Positions 31,908 to 34,428 of a stretch of 34,428 nt of DNA are shown piece by piece. A program made the translations under genes and the position numbers. Each line of letters opens with the position of its first letter. Positions within the stretch are counted from its first letter, which is position 1. This stretch comes from an uncultured Candidatus Saccharibacteria bacterium. Lineage in GTDB: Bacteria > Patescibacteriota > Minisyncoccia > Phycocordibacterales > DATDWN01. Below the pieces are notes generated by a model. It made no database searches. It was not told where the DNA came from and saw nothing but the letters and a program-made list of their open reading frames with translations. The stretch spans positions 1 through 34,428 of the forward strand of contig CAZKFS010000002.1 of assembly GCA_964552275.1 (NCBI GenBank). The letters run 5' to 3'.

Positions 31908-33051
31908 TATAGTATGACCTGGTTACATCATCACATATATTTTTGTAATCGGTATCCAATATAGAACAAAATTCAAAAGCCTCTTTGTCAGAATGGTAGT
32001 AGGAAACTATTTCTTTGGTTGCACCTATAATACAGTTTGTTGTGTCATTCATATCGTTTGGTAACTCACAGTTATTTTTTGTTTGTCTTGGTTCGTGACT
32101 TGCTTGGTTGGCTATGTCTCTTCCCATGCTTTGGTTGCAAATATTTCTATAAGGTTGTTCTGTTTCTGCGCACATGTCAAAAACTTTTTTCAGGTTATAA
32201 CCAGTGACTTGCAGGGCGTATGATGTTTGACCGAGGTAGCATTGTTCTTTGTATTTTTCTTCCACCATGTTGCATGGATACATTGGATCCTCGGGCTTCA
32301 AATATTTAACGGTGTTGCTCGTGTTGGCCACATTGGTGCTGTCTATGATGTTCTGCATAAAAACACCACTATAACAGGATTGCTGTTCCCAGTTGCCAAT
32401 CAGTCCATCACACATTTTTAAAGAAATCGGAACATCATCTTCAAATTCGGCCATTATTCCATGTCCCAAACCGTGTATACAGTTATAATAGTCAAAAGTA
32501 TAGTTTTCTTTGTTTGGCACATCTGCGCATATTGTATTTATTTCTGATGATATATTTTCTCTACCTATCTTTTCTATAATACCCTCCATAATCCCATGAT
32601 GGTATCCACTCCAACAAAAAGAATCACCCTTGGTAAATGCTTCAGAGACAGTTTTGTAATTTGTAGATGCCTCTCTCCCTATGACGTGCATGAGTGGGTG
32701 ACATATTGAAAGAAGGGTGGAGTTTTTTTCTGATCGGTTTTTTATGTCGTCTATTGCAACTACTGCACCTGAGTTTTTGACTAAGTCCCTGTAGTATTTA
32801 GAGTAGCATTTGTAGTTATAGGATTCATAACAAGGCTCATCTGGTGTGGTCTGAGCATTTTTTGTTGTTTGAGGGGATTCGATTTCGTTTTTAATATCTA
32901 GAGACTGGCTAACCATCTTTCCTTCTGGTTGGAAGATAACATTTTCTGGTGGAGCTTGTTCGTGTGTCGCAGATTTATTTCTTTGCAAAACAAATGAAGC
33001 CAATGTAACCAAAAAAATAACTATGACACTGTAGAGTATTTTGTTTTTCAT
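31894..33051 (-). CDS. hypothetical exported Cys/His-rich repeat protein, 385 aa
   Basis: N-terminal anchor MKNKILYSVIVIFLVTLASF. About 22 cysteines. Repeated C-x3-5-H-x-(I/G)-(G/M) units (CHPLMHVIGRE, CWSGYHHGIMEG, CIHGLGHGIMAE). It overlaps the YtxJ-like start by 14 nt. Confidence 0.6.
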   Translation of the reverse strand: MKNKILYSVIVIFLVTLASFVLQRNKSATHEQAPPENVIFQPEGKMVSQSLDIKNEIESPQTTKNAQTTPDEPCYESYNYKCYSKYYRDLVKNSGAVVAIDDIKNRSEKNSTLLSICHPLMHVIGREASTNYKTVSEAFTKGDSFCWSGYHHGIMEGIIEKIGRENISSEINTICADVPNKENYTFDYYNCIHGLGHGIMAEFEDDVPISLKMCDGLIGNWEQQSCYSGVFMQNIIDSTNVANTSNTVKYLKPEDPMYPCNMVEEKYKEQCYLGQTSYALQVTGYNLKKVFDMCAETEQPYRNICNQSMGRDIANQASHEPRQTKNNCELPNDMNDTTNCIIGATKEIVSYYHSDKEAFEFCSILDTDYKNICDDVTRSYYSVFK

Positions 33052-33089
33052 AGGTTTATTCTTATTATTGTACTCTGAATTATAAAAAT

Positions 33090-33113
33090 CTTACTCAACT
33101 ACACTTTTTCTGG
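33090..33113 (+). repeat. 24-nt intergenic repeat CTTACTCAACTACACTTTTTCTGG, copy 2
   Basis: 23 of 24 nt identical to 23590-23613. It lies in the divergent region between 33051 (-) and 33193 (+). Confidence 0.8.
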
Positions 33114-33192
33114 AACTCTGTGGAACCAATATTTTAGCATAATTTGGAGGCTTTTGATTAAACGGTTATACTTAGTTCAATAATCAATTTAA

Positions 33193-33750
33193 ATGGAAGA
33201 AAGACTAGATTTTATAAAAAATGCTATTAGTGGGGAGAAAGTTGGCGCTGTCGCTAGGAGTTCTAGGTATGTGGTAAATAAAGTTCTAAAGAACATAAAA
33301 GGGGACAGACTTATGAGTGTCATAGAGTATGGCCCAGGAGATGGAGTTTTAACCAAAGAACTTTTAAAAATATTAGATCCAAAAGGCAAGATCTTGGTGG
33401 TTGAGCTTGATAAGAATTTTGTTCAGGATCTAAAGAAAATAAATGACCCGAGGCTTATAGTTGTGGAGGGTATGATCCAAGACGTTTTGTTGGATATAGA
33501 AAAATACGGATTGGGCGGTGTTGATCTGGTGTTGTCGAGCATACCTTTTTCTCTAATCAAAAAAGAAGAGAGAGATTTTGTTGTAAAAAACACTTTCAAT
33601 CTATTGAAAGAGGGTGGAAAGTTCATTGTCTTTCATCAGTACTCGACTCTCATGAATTCTTATCTAAAGAAATATTCTAGTAATATAAAAATCTCTTTTG
33701 AAATCAGAAATATTTTTCCTTGCTTTATTATTACAGCAAAGAAAAACTGA
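33193..33750 (+). CDS. class I SAM-dependent methyltransferase
   Basis: Motif I is VIEYGPGDGVLT, the acidic loop is VVELD, and the post-I/II spacing is typical of a Rossmann-fold methyltransferase. Confidence 0.75.
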   Translation: MEERLDFIKNAISGEKVGAVARSSRYVVNKVLKNIKGDRLMSVIEYGPGDGVLTKELLKILDPKGKILVVELDKNFVQDLKKINDPRLIVVEGMIQDVLLDIEKYGLGGVDLVLSSIPFSLIKKEERDFVVKNTFNLLKEGGKFIVFHQYSTLMNSYLKKYSSNIKISFEIRNIFPCFIITAKKN

Positions 33751-33758
33751 TTCTTGTT

Positions 33759-34169
33759 TTACTTTTTCTTACTACACTTTTCACATTTACAACCAACTGG
33801 TTTTATATACTCGTCGAAATATTCTTCACCATAGTCATAGGTTAGCTCTTCACCTGGTTTGATGTTTTTTAGAGAAAATATATAAACATGACCTTTTGGT
33901 CCATCTGCTTCACAGTTCGGTTTGCATGAGTGGTTTATATACCTAGCTTTGTTGGACGGTACGTTGCCGTTTACGGTGTAGTCATCATCTATTTCAAAAA
34001 GGTATTTGGAATTAATTTTCTCGACATCCTCCGGTTTAACAGTTTTGCCGGTGTATTCAATAATACAATTACCTTTTGGTATGGCATCTATTGCGAACAA
34101 CCCTTTACCAGTTTTTGATTTTCCCACTCTAGTCTTAAATTTCCCTACGGTGTATTTACTTTTTTTCAT
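33759..34169 (-). CDS. SET-domain protein (putative protein-lysine methyltransferase) with Cys-rich post-SET tail
   Basis: NHSCKPNCE, ELTYDYG and the C-terminal CKCEKC. Confidence 0.8.
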   Translation of the reverse strand: MKKSKYTVGKFKTRVGKSKTGKGLFAIDAIPKGNCIIEYTGKTVKPEDVEKINSKYLFEIDDDYTVNGNVPSNKARYINHSCKPNCEADGPKGHVYIFSLKNIKPGEELTYDYGEEYFDEYIKPVGCKCEKCSKKK

Positions 34170-34428
34170 AATATTTTGTCTATTCTAACTTAGAGTTTTA
34201 AAAAGGGGAAATCTGGTTGTTATTTTACAGTTTTATTTCTATAGAAAAGTTTATTTTATCATCGGCAAATATTTCCTCCTTCTTTCTGACTTGAGATTTG
34301 AGGGGGAGTAGATAGCCTCCAGATTTTTTGTCTGGAAATATAGATGTTTCCCATTTTGTTTTGCCAACTTGAACTGCTACTGGGATAGAACCCTAGCCTT
34401 TACTTTTTGCACCAAAATTTTTCTTTAT

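Noticed and set aside
34397-34405. Third occurrence of GAACCCTAG near the window end
   Set aside because: Only the left half-site and spacer match (it is followed by CCTT, not GTTC). The surrounding gene context is cut off by the window edge.
1-34428. Search for CRISPR arrays, tRNA/rRNA genes, IS elements, integrases and reverse transcriptase/DGR components
   Set aside because: I saw no regularly spaced direct repeats, no T-loop/acceptor-like tRNA signatures in intergenic DNA, and no transposase, integrase or RT motifs in any listed ORF.

Overview
This 34.4 kb window is a compact, very AT-rich bacterial chromosome segment (hand count 16/60 G+C at 6421-6480). The gene content suggests a reduced Patescibacteria/CPR-type genome, which is an inference. 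That content includes a short rpoB-rpoC followed by dnaG-rpoD, lexA, a UvrD-type helicase fused to a Cas4/AddB-type nuclease, DsbA-like, uppP, a truncated HisRS core, truB, typA, DedA, a VanY-type peptidase, a SET-domain protein and many small membrane proteins. I recognised no rRNA, tRNA, CRISPR array, transposase or integrase. The backbone itself is ordinary housekeeping. The unusual part is that six intergenic loci carry nine short transcription units (ten ORFs of 26-216 aa) with sharply higher G+C: hand counts are 32/60 at 721-780, 35/60 at 16801-16860 and 43/60 at 23281-23340. These units use C/G-ending codons and canonical Shine-Dalgarno sites. Most have a recognisable sigma70-type promoter lying in AT-rich DNA and a GC-rich hairpin terminator; island F has no clear promoter of its own. 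Some terminators are duplicated (45 nt identical at 17175-17219 and 17723-17767) or sequence-related between distant loci (1191-1218 versus 21124-21148). I could not confidently assign any of the ten encoded proteins to a known family. I regard this mosaic of self-contained GC-rich cassettes, especially the rpoD-helicase cluster at 16275-18170, as the best candidate for something undescribed. Secondary observations are listed here and detailed in the findings. (1) A GAAC-N4-GTTC SOS box lies inside the lexA operon promoter, and the identical 12-mer recurs inside the helicase-nuclease gene. (2) An intrinsic terminator/attenuator sits in a roughly 216 nt rpoB leader. (3) A HisRS catalytic core lacks an anticodon-binding domain and overlaps a DEDD exonuclease gene. 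(4) Backbone genes often show a -10 element (frequently TG-extended) with a leaderless or SD-less start. (5) A 24-nt intergenic repeat occurs twice. All coordinates and motifs were read by eye; nothing was searched against a database.
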